This document shows, piece by piece, positions 1 to 9,755 of a DNA stretch of 27,921 nt. A program made the position numbers and the translations under genes. Below the pieces are notes generated by a model. That model saw only the letters and a program-made list of their open reading frames with translations. It did no database searches and was not told where the DNA came from. The stretch covers positions 1 through 27,921 of the forward strand of contig JBHLKY010000034.1 of assembly GCA_048886185.1 (NCBI GenBank). Direction: 5' to 3'. Numbering within the stretch: the stretch's first letter is position 1; each line of letters starts with the position of its first letter. The DNA is from Candidatus Hermodarchaeota archaeon. Lineage in GTDB: Archaea > Asgardarchaeota > Heimdallarchaeia > Hodarchaeales > Hodarchaeaceae.

Positions 1-1293
1 ATTACCAATAATAGAATTTCGGGTTACACAGGCACAGGTGTGGAGCTGCTAGGTTCTTCTGACAATCTCATTGATGGTAATATGATTGATAACAGTGTAG
101 GCGAGAATGGGGTCTTCCTCGCAGAATCAAATTACAACACTATTACGAACAATGATGTTTGGGGTTGTTACGATGATACTTTATTAGAGACAACCTCGCA
201 GAAAATTAAGTACAAAGTGGATGGAACTCAAGCATTTATCAGTCGAGGTGTCTTCTTGGATCCCTCCAACTATAATGTAATTGCCAATAATAAAATTTCC
301 AACATTACTGGACTGGGATTATATCTACTTAATTCTATAAATAATTCAGTCGTTGAAAACCAAATTGCGAATAATGCAGAGGACGGTATTTTATTATTCG
401 GATCCAATAATTCCGATATTTCCCACAATGTAATCTATAATGACGATCTTTATGGAATAAGCATTTCTTATGCATCTACTTATAATAACATAGATTGGAA
501 CGACTTCATTGGGAATAATATCGGAGGAACCTCTCAAATCAATGATGATGGCTCAGGAAATCAATTTTCTAACAACTTCTTAGTTGATCATGATAACACA
601 GATAACAATAATGACAGTATCTCAGATAATCCCTACTATATTGATGGAGACGCAGGAAGTACTGATTATAGTCCGTATTCTCTTCCTGTACAACCGTTAA
701 AAGATTTGGATTTGGCTTTAGCCGATTTAGATGCCGAAGTGGATTATGAATCGGAAACCCTCAATTTAAAAAATGAGGGTAATTGGGAAACGGTTAAGAT
801 TAAATTACCTGAAGGTTATTCGGCAACAAATATCAATGTTAGTTCTATTTACACAGATGGTATGATTTATGCTGAAGAAGCCCAAGTGCAGAATCCAAGA
901 ACATTAACAGTTAAATTTAATCGAACTGCATTAATCATCTATCTAGAATCAATTTTAACGATATTTCCAATTGACGTCAAAATGAACGTTACAGGCTGGT
1001 TAAATGGAGAATTTCTAATGTTCTATGGGTACGATTTCGTAAAAGTGCTCAATTCGGACAGTGCTGATCCTGCTTTGATCATTGATCAAGAAATAGAAAA
1101 ATTAAATAACAATCCAGCCCAGAAATTTATAGATCACGTTATAATGCCAACTGTAGCTATTCCAACGCAAATACTCATTGATCAGATTACTTCAATATCT
1201 CAAAGGACCTTTGGATTAACAATTGGAATTCTTTTTGCTCCCATGATAACAGCTGTAGTAATCCGTAGATTTCATTCAAAAAAGAAAGTATGA
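1..1293 (+). CDS. Right-handed parallel beta-helix (NosD/CASH-like) surface protein with C-terminal membrane anchor, 5'-truncated
   Basis: Frame 1 is open from base 1 (ITNNRISGYTGTG...), so the track's GTG at 40 is internal. Repeated Asn-rich NxIxxNxIxN units; DNNNDSISDNPYYIDG end motif; C-terminal hydrophobic helix followed by RRFHSKKKV. Confidence 0.8.
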   Translation: MTNNRISGYTGTGVELLGSSDNLIDGNMIDNSVGENGVFLAESNYNTITNNDVWGCYDDTLLETTSQKIKYKVDGTQAFISRGVFLDPSNYNVIANNKISNITGLGLYLLNSINNSVVENQIANNAEDGILLFGSNNSDISHNVIYNDDLYGISISYASTYNNIDWNDFIGNNIGGTSQINDDGSGNQFSNNFLVDHDNTDNNNDSISDNPYYIDGDAGSTDYSPYSLPVQPLKDLDLALADLDAEVDYESETLNLKNEGNWETVKIKLPEGYSATNINVSSIYTDGMIYAEEAQVQNPRTLTVKFNRTALIIYLESILTIFPIDVKMNVTGWLNGEFLMFYGYDFVKVLNSDSADPALIIDQEIEKLNNNPAQKFIDHVIMPTVAIPTQILIDQITSISQRTFGLTIGILFAPMITAVVIRRFHSKKKV

Positions 1294-1324
1294 AGTAGTG
1301 TTTGTGGCTATTTCAGCTTCCTTA

Positions 1325-1333
1325 TTTTTTTTT
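1325..1333 (+). terminator. Oligo-T (T9) archaeal-type terminator candidate
   Basis: T9 run about 30 nt after the stop at 1293. Confidence 0.45.
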
Positions 1334-1417
1334 GATCATTAGAAAGTAGCTCGTACTTTCAACCAATGGGTAATAATTTAAAATCTATATTTTCAAAGTA
1401 ATTCGAGGATAAAATTA

Positions 1418-3652
1418 TTGCCAAGTCGTTTTAGTTCAAGATATTTTGGGCGTGAAAAATTATCTAATTCAGATTTAAAGCAATTAGAAAAACTTAAGGG
1501 AGGAATCTTGAAAAGTTATGACTTTATTCAAAGAGGAAACTATGATAAGGCGTTAAATCTAGCCACACAAACATTAAAGGAGAGTGAAGAAAGTGAAGTC
1601 CTCTGTAAGAAGCCAATACTCGTTGACGCTATTATCTGCAAGGGATATGCCTTATTAGGACTCGGAAAGCTAGATGAATGCCTCAATATGGTCGAGAAAG
1701 GGGAAAATCTACTTGATTCGTTAAAAAACATCAAGAAATATGTAATGATCGAAAAACAAGCTATAATAAGCGAACTTAAAGGAATTATTTACAGATATAA
1801 AGGAAATACAATATTAGCATACGATTTTTTAAACCAATCGTTATCTATAATGGAAAAACTCAAGAATAAGGGAGGTCAGGCTGGATTATTAAATAATCTT
1901 GGTATAATTCATGCTTCTAAGTATGAAATTGACCAAGCTCTTGAATTTCTTCAACGAAGTCTAGGGATGTTTGAAGAACTTGAGATAGTGAGTCCTAAAT
2001 GTAAAGTACTCAATAATATCGGACTTGTTCATTCTTTAAAGGGGGAATTCGATCTAGCCTTAGAATTTTATCAAAAAAGCTCTGAGCTGAATAAAGAGTT
2101 CAATGAAAAAAAACCAGAAGCAACTTTACTCATGAATACAGCACAAATTTACCACCATAGAGGGGATTTAGAAACAGCTATTGAATATAATCATAAGTGT
2201 CAGAAAATATTTGAAGAATTAAACTGCTCATTTGAAAGAGCGATTTGCCTCAACACAATTGGTACAATACATGAACTTAGGGGAGAATTGTACAAAGCTC
2301 ACGATTTATACACAAAAGGATTTATCACATTTAAAGAAGTGGATAATAAACCTAGAACAGCAATGGCTTATAATAATATTGGTAATACTTATTTAGATGG
2401 TGGAGATATTGATAAAGCAATATCTCATTATGAAGAAGCTTTAGAAATCTTCAAAAATAGTTGTAATGATCTTGAAACCTGTATAACGCTTTATAACTTA
2501 ATTTCTGTGAATATCCAACACGACTCAAAAGACATTTCACAAAAATACCTACATAATCTTCAAGAAATTAACGAGAGAAGAAATGATAACATCATAAATC
2601 AGATCTATCATTTAGCTCAAGCTCTTGTTCTAAAAACAAGTGAAAGAGTTATCAATCAGGCCGAAGCACAGCAGATTTTCCAAACAATTATTGATGAAAA
2701 AAAAATAAGGAATGAATTCTCGATTATTGCAAAGAAAAATCTGTTTGAATTACTTATCCAAGAACTTTCTACTTCAGGAGATGAAGAAATTCTTGATGAA
2801 ATTAAAGAGATTTCCCAAGATTTGATAACAATCGCTAAGAAACAACAATCATCTTCACTTCTTATTGAAACTTACATTTTACAATCAAAAATGGCCTTAT
2901 TGGAGTTAGATATAGAAACAGCACGGCAATTATTAAATACAGCCCGAAAGATTGCTGAAGAAAAAGAGTTACAACGGTTGGCTGTAATGATATCAAGAGA
3001 ATATGACTCTCTATTATCTCAAATGAGTAGATGGACAAATCTAGCTGACCGTGACGTTTCTTTAGCAGAAAGGCTGGAACTAGCAGAGCTAGAAAGTATG
3101 GTTACCCGTTTAATCAGAAAAAAAGCAGAAATCGATGAACTTTCCGAAGAAGAACCAATTCTATTCCTAATTCTTGCAAGAAGTGGAATGAGTATGTTTT
3201 CTAAGCATTTTATCTCCGAGAGTCAACTTGTAGACCAGCTTATAGGTGGCTTCTTAACTGCAATCAATGCTTTTACACAACAAGCTTTTTCAGAATCCGG
3301 TACAATTGAAGGTATCAAGCATAGAGAGTATACAATTCTTATGAATCCCACAGATCCGTTACTTTGCTGTTATGTGTTTAAAGGGCCTTCATACTATGCA
3401 CTTCAGAAATTAAAGAACTTTAGCGAAACTATAAAGGTTTCAGACACAATCTGGAATACCATGTTGGAAGCAAGCAAAATAGGTAGGGATATTTCGGAGG
3501 ACAATGCAATCAACGATTTAGTAACCAAAATATTTCTCAGTTCTTCTGAAGAAATAATACAGAGTACATCAGAAGTTTTTTTCGGTCAAAAAATGAATAT
3601 TCCAATTGAAAATGGCATATTTCTAGACATTTCATTTTTTAATGTCAATTAA
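1418..3652 (+). CDS. Tetratricopeptide repeat protein with C-terminal longin-like domain (paralog 1)
   Basis: About 40-aa repeats (LNNLGIIH, LNNIGLVH, YNNIGNTY...A..Y.K/EAL), a helical linker, and a C-terminal alpha/beta domain EEEPILFLI...DQLIGGFLTAINAF...CCYVFKG. TTG start preceded by GAGGA. Confidence 0.85.
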   Translation: MPSRFSSRYFGREKLSNSDLKQLEKLKGGILKSYDFIQRGNYDKALNLATQTLKESEESEVLCKKPILVDAIICKGYALLGLGKLDECLNMVEKGENLLDSLKNIKKYVMIEKQAIISELKGIIYRYKGNTILAYDFLNQSLSIMEKLKNKGGQAGLLNNLGIIHASKYEIDQALEFLQRSLGMFEELEIVSPKCKVLNNIGLVHSLKGEFDLALEFYQKSSELNKEFNEKKPEATLLMNTAQIYHHRGDLETAIEYNHKCQKIFEELNCSFERAICLNTIGTIHELRGELYKAHDLYTKGFITFKEVDNKPRTAMAYNNIGNTYLDGGDIDKAISHYEEALEIFKNSCNDLETCITLYNLISVNIQHDSKDISQKYLHNLQEINERRNDNIINQIYHLAQALVLKTSERVINQAEAQQIFQTIIDEKKIRNEFSIIAKKNLFELLIQELSTSGDEEILDEIKEISQDLITIAKKQQSSSLLIETYILQSKMALLELDIETARQLLNTARKIAEEKELQRLAVMISREYDSLLSQMSRWTNLADRDVSLAERLELAELESMVTRLIRKKAEIDELSEEEPILFLILARSGMSMFSKHFISESQLVDQLIGGFLTAINAFTQQAFSESGTIEGIKHREYTILMNPTDPLLCCYVFKGPSYYALQKLKNFSETIKVSDTIWNTMLEASKIGRDISEDNAINDLVTKIFLSSSEEIIQSTSEVFFGQKMNIPIENGIFLDISFFNVN

Positions 3653-3665
3653 CATATTTAAAGGG

Positions 3666-3694
3666 TTGATCAATAGTCACTTCATATTGATCAA
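3666..3694. repeat. Perfect 10-bp inverted repeat TTGATCAATA-N9-TATTGATCAA
   Basis: Read directly: arms at 3666-3675 and 3685-3694, between the two TPR genes. Function unknown. Confidence 0.8.
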
Positions 3695-3795
3695 ATTTAA
3701 GCAATGATGTAAAAAGACTTCATGAAATAGAAACTACCCTTTTTTTGGATTTCAAGCAAAATTAACGCTATAAACAAGGAACGGATGAGAAAATA

Positions 3796-6036
3796 TTGGC
3801 AATGTCTTTCATATCTGACCTTATTATACGAGTAAAAGAGAAATTAAAACTCTCAGGCCCGACCAAAGTATTAGTTCAAGTGAAGCAACTCATACAGGAA
3901 GGAAATCTCAATTTAGCGTTGAATAAACTTCAACTTTTGGAGAATCATAGAAATTTAACCGAAATTGATCACCTGAAAGGCCAGATCTTAAAATGTAATA
4001 TCTTAAACGAGAAAAGGGAGTATGATAATGGATTAAAATTATCTAAACAGACATTGGATGAAAGCAAAGAACTTGAACAGCCCTTATTAATGATAGATGC
4101 CATAATTTGCCAAGGAAATGCTTTACTAGGAATGGGGGAACTTGATGATTGCCTTATGAACATAGAAAAGGCAGAGAATCAGTTAAAAAGGATTCAAGAC
4201 GTTAGAGAAAAAGAATTCATTGAAAGAAAAGCCGCGATAACAGAGCTAAAGGGAAAATTATATCGCCGAAAAGGCGATATGAATCTTGCTTTAGATCTCC
4301 TTGAAGTATCACTATCCATTAGAGAAAAACTCAAGGATCTCTATGCTAAAGCTGATATACTTAATAATATGGGCATAATTCATGCCTCAAAGGGAGAATT
4401 TGACTCTGCGCTAGACTATCTTCAAAAAAGTCTCGTGATTTATGAAGATTTAAGAATGAAACAACCAATAATTAAGCTGTTCAATAACATTGGACTTATA
4501 TATTCATACAAAGGCGAGCTGGATAAATCCTTAGAATACTACCAAAAAAGCTTAGATTTAAGTGAAAAGTTCGAGAATAAACAAATCTCTGCAACTTTGA
4601 TGCTTAACATTGGTCAAATCTATTTAAATAAGGGAGAGTTAGATCTGGCTTTAGACTACAACCAGCGAAGCCTTGCATTATATGAAGAATTAGAAAGTAC
4701 ATATGAACTTGCGATTTGCCTCAATAACATTGGGGGTATTTTTGAAAGGAAGGGGGAATTAACCCAAGCGCTTGAAGTCTATACCAGAAGTTTAAACATG
4801 TTTGAAAAGATTCAGGATAATTCAAGTATTGCTGTGAGCTTAAATAACATTGGAAATGTCTATAGAACCAGAGGAGAAGCAAATAAAGCAATATCTTATT
4901 ACAAAAGGAGTCTAGAATTTTTCGAAGAAACAGGTAATAATCTTGAAGCAAGTGCAGCCCTTCTCAATCTGATTTTGGTGACAGTTTACTTGGAAAGTGT
5001 CGGGGATCCTCACCCATATTTAGAAAAATTACAAGAAATTGATAACAAAGAGGAAAATAAAGCAATTAACCAAATTTATAGACTCGCAAAAGCAATTGTC
5101 TTGAGAACAAGTGCTAGAGTTGTTAAACAAGCTGAAGCTCAACAAATTTTCCAACAAATAGCAGAAGAAGAGATTATCCTCCATGAGCACACAGTTGATG
5201 CTATGCTCAATCTTTGTGACATGCTTATACTTGAATTACGAACTTCTGGAAATGAAGAAGTCTTAAAAGAAATAACAGGAATTTTGCAGAAATTACAGAC
5301 AATTGCTGAAAATCAACATTCCTACTCATTACTTGTAGACACATACATGTTGAAATCGAAAATGGCTTTGCTAGAGTTGGACCTTGATTCAGCACGACAA
5401 TTATTAAGTGATGCACAACAGATTGCGGAAGAAAAAGGCCTACAAAATTTAGCTATGATGATTTCTGGAGAATATGACACCTTAATGGATCAATTAGGGA
5501 AGTGGACCGATTTAATTGACCAAAATGTTTCCATGATCGAAATGTTAGAGCTAACAGAATTAGAGGGGATGGTTCAGAGAATAATAAGAAAAAAGGCTGA
5601 GACACCTGAATTCTCTGAAGAAGAACCAGCTCTTTTCTTAATCCTTACTGAAACTGGAACGTTGAAATTTTCCAAACAATTTGCCCCTGAAGGAGCCCTA
5701 GATGACAAGGTCATTGGAGACCTCTTAACTGCCATCAACAATTTCATTCAGGAAACTTTCGCTGCAACTGGGTCAATTGAACGGATAAAACACAAAGAAC
5801 ATACGTTATTATTGAAACCTATGGATCCGTTACTTTGTTGTTATGTATTTAAAGGCCAATCATATTCAGCTCTTCGAAAATTGGACACATTTATTGATAA
5901 GATTAAAAGTTCCAGATCTTTATGGAGATTATTAAATAGTCCTGTTAAATCAGAAAAATTATTACCAGTAGAAAAGGAGATGGAAGATATTATTAGTAAA
6001 ATCTTCCTGACACAAAAAAGCTCCGCCATTACCTAA
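3796..6036 (+). CDS. Tetratricopeptide repeat protein with C-terminal longin-like domain (paralog 2)
   Basis: Same architecture and colinear with 1418..3652. Shared blocks include QAEAQQIFQ, SKMALLELD and DPLLCCYVFKG. Start is TTG 3796 or ATG 3802. Confidence 0.85.
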   Translation: MAMSFISDLIIRVKEKLKLSGPTKVLVQVKQLIQEGNLNLALNKLQLLENHRNLTEIDHLKGQILKCNILNEKREYDNGLKLSKQTLDESKELEQPLLMIDAIICQGNALLGMGELDDCLMNIEKAENQLKRIQDVREKEFIERKAAITELKGKLYRRKGDMNLALDLLEVSLSIREKLKDLYAKADILNNMGIIHASKGEFDSALDYLQKSLVIYEDLRMKQPIIKLFNNIGLIYSYKGELDKSLEYYQKSLDLSEKFENKQISATLMLNIGQIYLNKGELDLALDYNQRSLALYEELESTYELAICLNNIGGIFERKGELTQALEVYTRSLNMFEKIQDNSSIAVSLNNIGNVYRTRGEANKAISYYKRSLEFFEETGNNLEASAALLNLILVTVYLESVGDPHPYLEKLQEIDNKEENKAINQIYRLAKAIVLRTSARVVKQAEAQQIFQQIAEEEIILHEHTVDAMLNLCDMLILELRTSGNEEVLKEITGILQKLQTIAENQHSYSLLVDTYMLKSKMALLELDLDSARQLLSDAQQIAEEKGLQNLAMMISGEYDTLMDQLGKWTDLIDQNVSMIEMLELTELEGMVQRIIRKKAETPEFSEEEPALFLILTETGTLKFSKQFAPEGALDDKVIGDLLTAINNFIQETFAATGSIERIKHKEHTLLLKPMDPLLCCYVFKGQSYSALRKLDTFIDKIKSSRSLWRLLNSPVKSEKLLPVEKEMEDIISKIFLTQKSSAIT

Positions 6037-6563
6037 AATTAAATTGTGTAATCAGCTCATAACTAAATAAACCCAAAATATGGAAATATTGCATTTTATC
6101 TTTTCAAATGCACATCATTAACCTATTAAAATTCTTGTGCACTTTTTCAACTGATGTTTGTTCAGCTAGAATCTCTACAATTTCCTTAGAATCTTTATAG
6201 GCATTATGAATCATTCTCAAAATATTGAACAATCTTAATCTTAGGTATTAAAAAAAATGTTGGAACCCACCTTATATGAAAAAGAAAGAGATTCTCAAAG
6301 AAATTTAAAGTGAGAAAAAAGAATGAATAGCAATAATTCAAGCATCTATCACTTTTATTTCCTTTTCAATCTAGAAGAGAGCTTAGATATTCTAGCAAAT
6401 TCAAATCTGATTATTTTCTGGTAGGAAAATCAAACTAAATCTAGCTAATTTCGATAAGCGGACTATTAAAAGATAAAAAACAAGAATAAAAGAAGCAAAT
6501 ATTCATTAACGGAGTTTTAATTAAGACTAGATCGATAATTTAGGAGATTGGAAGGTAAGGAGA

Positions 6564-8267
6564 ATGAAAGACGTTATTATAGCAATTTGTGGTGCAGCTG
6601 GTCAAGGAATTGCAACAGTAGAAGAATTAATCACTGGTATTCTAAAACAAGCTGGTTATCACTGTTACAGTACAAGTGAATTTATGTCTCGAATTCGAGG
6701 GGGCACAAATTCCACAATCATACGAATTTCATCCAGCAGAATTAACCCTGCATTCATTAATCGTATTGATATATTATTACCCCTTCATCATTCGGCATTA
6801 CCACACCTTAAACATAGAATCACCTCAAACACCACTATCCTGGGTGAGGAAAAGAATATAGATGAATCTAGTGTTGATCTAGAGCAAGTAATCAAAATAC
6901 CGTTCTCAGAGATTGCAAAAGAAGTAGGTGGAACTATTTACACCAACATTGTTGGAATTGGAGTATTTCTAGCCTTTTTTGAAGTCGAAGAAGATATTTC
7001 AGAAAGATTTCTCTCAGAACGATTTGCCAGAAAGGGAGATAAAATAGTACACCAAAATATTGAGGCCTGTAAGAGGGGATATTCGATTGGAAATGAACTA
7101 GTTAAAATTGGAAGATTTAAAAATCCGCTTCAAAAGGATAAATCAATACGAAATGACATAGTTCTCAGTGGTGCCGAGACTGTGGGAATAGGAGCAATTG
7201 CAGGAGGATGTAATTTTATTAGTTCATATCCAATGTCACCTAGTACAAGTGTGCTTGTATTTTTATCCCAAAATGCCGAGGATTTTGATATCATCATTGA
7301 TCAAGCTGAAGACGAAATTGCAGCTATCAATAAGAGCATTGCAGCGTGGTATGCAGGTGCAAGGGCAATGATTACAACCTCTGGAGGAGGTTTTGCGTTA
7401 ATGACTGAAGGAGTATCATTAGCAGGCATGCTTGAATCACCAATGGTTCTTCATATAGGCCAACGTCCTGGACCAGCCACAGGATTACCTACAAGAACTG
7501 GCCAAGAAGATTTACAACATGTTCTAAATGCAGGGCACGGAGAATTCCCTAGAGTCATACTAGCTCCAGGAAAACCCCAAGATGCCTTTTATCTAACGCA
7601 AAAAGCATTTAATCTTGCTGATAAATATCAAATCCCAGTTTTCATATTGACGGACCAATTTTTTCTTGATTCACACTATTCTATTCCAGATCTGGATTTA
7701 AACACGATAAAGAATGAGAAGCAGATAGTACGAACCAAAAAAGATTATAAACGATATCAGCTTACTGATGATGGGGTATCCCCAAGGGGGATTCCTGGGT
7801 ACGGTAATGGTCTGGTAAATGTTGATAGTGATGAACATGATGAAGAGGGACACATAACGGAGGATGTTCATGACACCAGACCGAGAATGGTTGAAAAAAG
7901 GCTTTATAAAAAGCTCGAGCTGCTTAAACGAGAGATTATTGAACCAGAGTTAATTGGAAGTAAAAATTATAAGAAACTTGTGATTGGATGGGGATCTACA
8001 TACGGAGTGATTAAGGAAGCGATTGAAAATCTTGGAAAAGACGACATTGGATTCCTTCATTTTAAGCAGGTATACCCTTTAGATGATGCCATTAATAAAA
8101 TACTAAAAAAGGCAGAAAAGACTATTATCATAGAAAACAACGCCACATCACAATTTGGTAAAGTTCTTAAATTAGAACTAGACTTTGATGTTGATGAGAA
8201 ATTTCTCAAGTACAATGGTATGCCTTTCTCTGTTGAGGAAGTTACAGAATTTTTAGAGAAAATTTGA
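6564..8267 (+). CDS. korA: 2-oxoacid:ferredoxin oxidoreductase subunit alpha (fused gamma-alpha type)
   Basis: N-terminal GAAGQGI...SRIRGG gamma domain; YPMSP; [12 protein letters not shown]; [15 protein letters not shown]. Substrate specificity is not determinable from sequence. Confidence 0.92.
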   Translation: MKDVIIAICGAAGQGIATVEELITGILKQAGYHCYSTSEFMSRIRGGTNSTIIRISSSRINPAFINRIDILLPLHHSALPHLKHRITSNTTILGEEKNIDESSVDLEQVIKIPFSEIAKEVGGTIYTNIVGIGVFLAFFEVEEDISERFLSERFARKGDKIVHQNIEACKRGYSIGNELVKIGRFKNPLQKDKSIRNDIVLSGAETVGIGAIAGGCNFISSYPMSPSTSVLVFLSQNAEDFDIIIDQAEDEIAAINKSIAAWYAGARAMITTSGGGFALMTEGVSLAGMLESPMVLHIGQRPGPATGLPTRTGQEDLQHVLNAGHGEFPRVILAPGKPQDAFYLTQKAFNLADKYQIPVFILTDQFFLDSHYSIPDLDLNTIKNEKQIVRTKKDYKRYQLTDDGVSPRGIPGYGNGLVNVDSDEHDEEGHITEDVHDTRPRMVEKRLYKKLELLKREIIEPELIGSKNYKKLVIGWGSTYGVIKEAIENLGKDDIGFLHFKQVYPLDDAINKILKKAEKTIIIENNATSQFGKVLKLELDFDVDEKFLKYNGMPFSVEEVTEFLEKI

Positions 8268-8270
8268 TTA

Positions 8271-8276
8271 AGGAGG
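8271..8276 (+). promoter_or_regulatory. Shine-Dalgarno site for the beta subunit
   Basis: AGGAGG 7 nt upstream of ATG 8284. Confidence 0.7.
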
Positions 8277-8283
8277 AAAGAAA

Positions 8284-9147
8284 ATGACAACAGAAATATT
8301 TGATATGCCACAAGATACTGACATTGCATGGTGTCCTGGATGTGGAAACTTTGGAATCCTACATATAGTAAAAACAGCATTAACTGAGCTTAATATTAGG
8401 CCAGAGGAATTAGTAATGGTCTCTGGAATTGGTCAAGCTGCGAAAACTCCTCATTATCTCAAATCGAATATATTTAATGGTCTTCATGGCCGAGCAGTTG
8501 CATCTGCTTTTGCCATCAAAGCTGTAAACCCTTCTCTCACAGTTATTGTTGAAACTGGTGATGGATGCTCCTTTGGAGAAGGAGGAAACCACTTTATTCA
8601 CAATATTCTCAGAAATCCAAACATTGTGCATCTTGCTCATAATAATATGGTTTATGGGCTTACTAAAGGACAAGCCTCCCCCACGAGTCAGTTCGGCTTC
8701 GTCACCCCTGTTCAAGTTCAGGGGGTGACAAACGAACCCTTTAATCCAGTTGCAATAGCAATAACTCTCGATGCAGCCTTTGTAGCCAGAGTTTTTGTTG
8801 GAGATCAAGATAAAACAATAGAAATAATTAAAGCGGCAATTTCACATAAAGGTTATTCATTTGTCGATATATTACAACCTTGTGTAACATTTAACAAAAT
8901 AAATTCTTGGAAATGGTTCAAAGAAAACACATTCTACTTAGAAGATTCACACGAACCTAATAATAAAGTCATGGCTTTTAAACGGGCTACAGAAAAAGGT
9001 AAAATTCCTTTAGGAGTTTTTTATATAACTTCAAAACCCTCTTTTGAGGAACATCTACCTGTCTATAAAACAAAAAAGGATCCACTTTACTTAAGAGAAG
9101 TAAAGCTAGAAAAGCTCAAGAAACTCTTGGACGCAAAAAGGAATTAA
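8284..9147 (+). CDS. korB: 2-oxoacid:ferredoxin oxidoreductase subunit beta
   Basis: WCPGCGNFG; LHGRA; TPP-binding GDG...GGNH...[15 protein letters not shown]; LQPCVTFN. Confidence 0.93.
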   Translation: MTTEIFDMPQDTDIAWCPGCGNFGILHIVKTALTELNIRPEELVMVSGIGQAAKTPHYLKSNIFNGLHGRAVASAFAIKAVNPSLTVIVETGDGCSFGEGGNHFIHNILRNPNIVHLAHNNMVYGLTKGQASPTSQFGFVTPVQVQGVTNEPFNPVAIAITLDAAFVARVFVGDQDKTIEIIKAAISHKGYSFVDILQPCVTFNKINSWKWFKENTFYLEDSHEPNNKVMAFKRATEKGKIPLGVFYITSKPSFEEHLPVYKTKKDPLYLREVKLEKLKKLLDAKRN

Positions 9148-9180
9148 TTAAACCAAAAAAAGTAACAAAATGGTGATTTA

Positions 9181-9687
9181 TTGGCTGTAAAAGAGGTTTT
9201 AATGATAGGAGACCCAAAACTCAGAGAACCTTCAGAGAATGTTTCAGACTTTGGAGAAAATCTCCAACGAATAATACAGGATTTGAAAGATACGCTTACA
9301 CATCTTCAGGCATCCAAGAAGATTGGAAGAGCGTTAGCTGCTCCTCAAATTGGATATAAGAAAAAAGTTATCTACTATGGGCTTCCTGATGAACCCTTTG
9401 TTATGATCAATCCAAAAATAATAAGTAAAAGCCAAGAAAAAATCTGGATATGGGATAGTTGCTTTAGTTTTGATGTGGCCTTTTTTATAGAAATCTTACG
9501 CCATAAGCAAATAAATGTAGAATATTTAAATGAAAGTGGCAAATTAGAGAGGAAGAAGTTCAAAGATGACTTATCAGAATTAGTTCAGCATGAAACAGAT
9601 CACTTAGAGGGAGTTCTGGCAACAGATCATTTAACAGATGTCAAAAGGATTATGCTTCGAAAAGAATGGGAAAAAAGAGTTAGGTGA
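9181..9687 (+). CDS. def: Peptide deformylase family protein with atypical motifs
   Basis: GDPKLRE; motif 1 GRALAAPQIG; motif 2 DSCFS; motif 3 QHETDHLEG. TTG start with GGTGA upstream. Confidence 0.88.
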   Translation: MAVKEVLMIGDPKLREPSENVSDFGENLQRIIQDLKDTLTHLQASKKIGRALAAPQIGYKKKVIYYGLPDEPFVMINPKIISKSQEKIWIWDSCFSFDVAFFIEILRHKQINVEYLNESGKLERKKFKDDLSELVQHETDHLEGVLATDHLTDVKRIMLRKEWEKRVR

Positions 9688-9755
9688 GAGATTTTATTGA
9701 AGTAAATACATCTAAATATAAGTAATTACATTTCTCATAATATATATGATCAATT

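Noticed and set aside
6037-6563. Structured ncRNA, CRISPR array or IS/MITE in the 527-bp gap
   Set aside because: Very AT-rich, with no GC-rich stems, regularly spaced repeats or terminal inverted repeats seen. A covariance-model search was not possible.
8057-8808. Antisense ORFs 8057..8380 (107 aa) and 8410..8808 (132 aa)
   Set aside because: Shadows of the well-conserved korA/korB, with no recognisable motifs.
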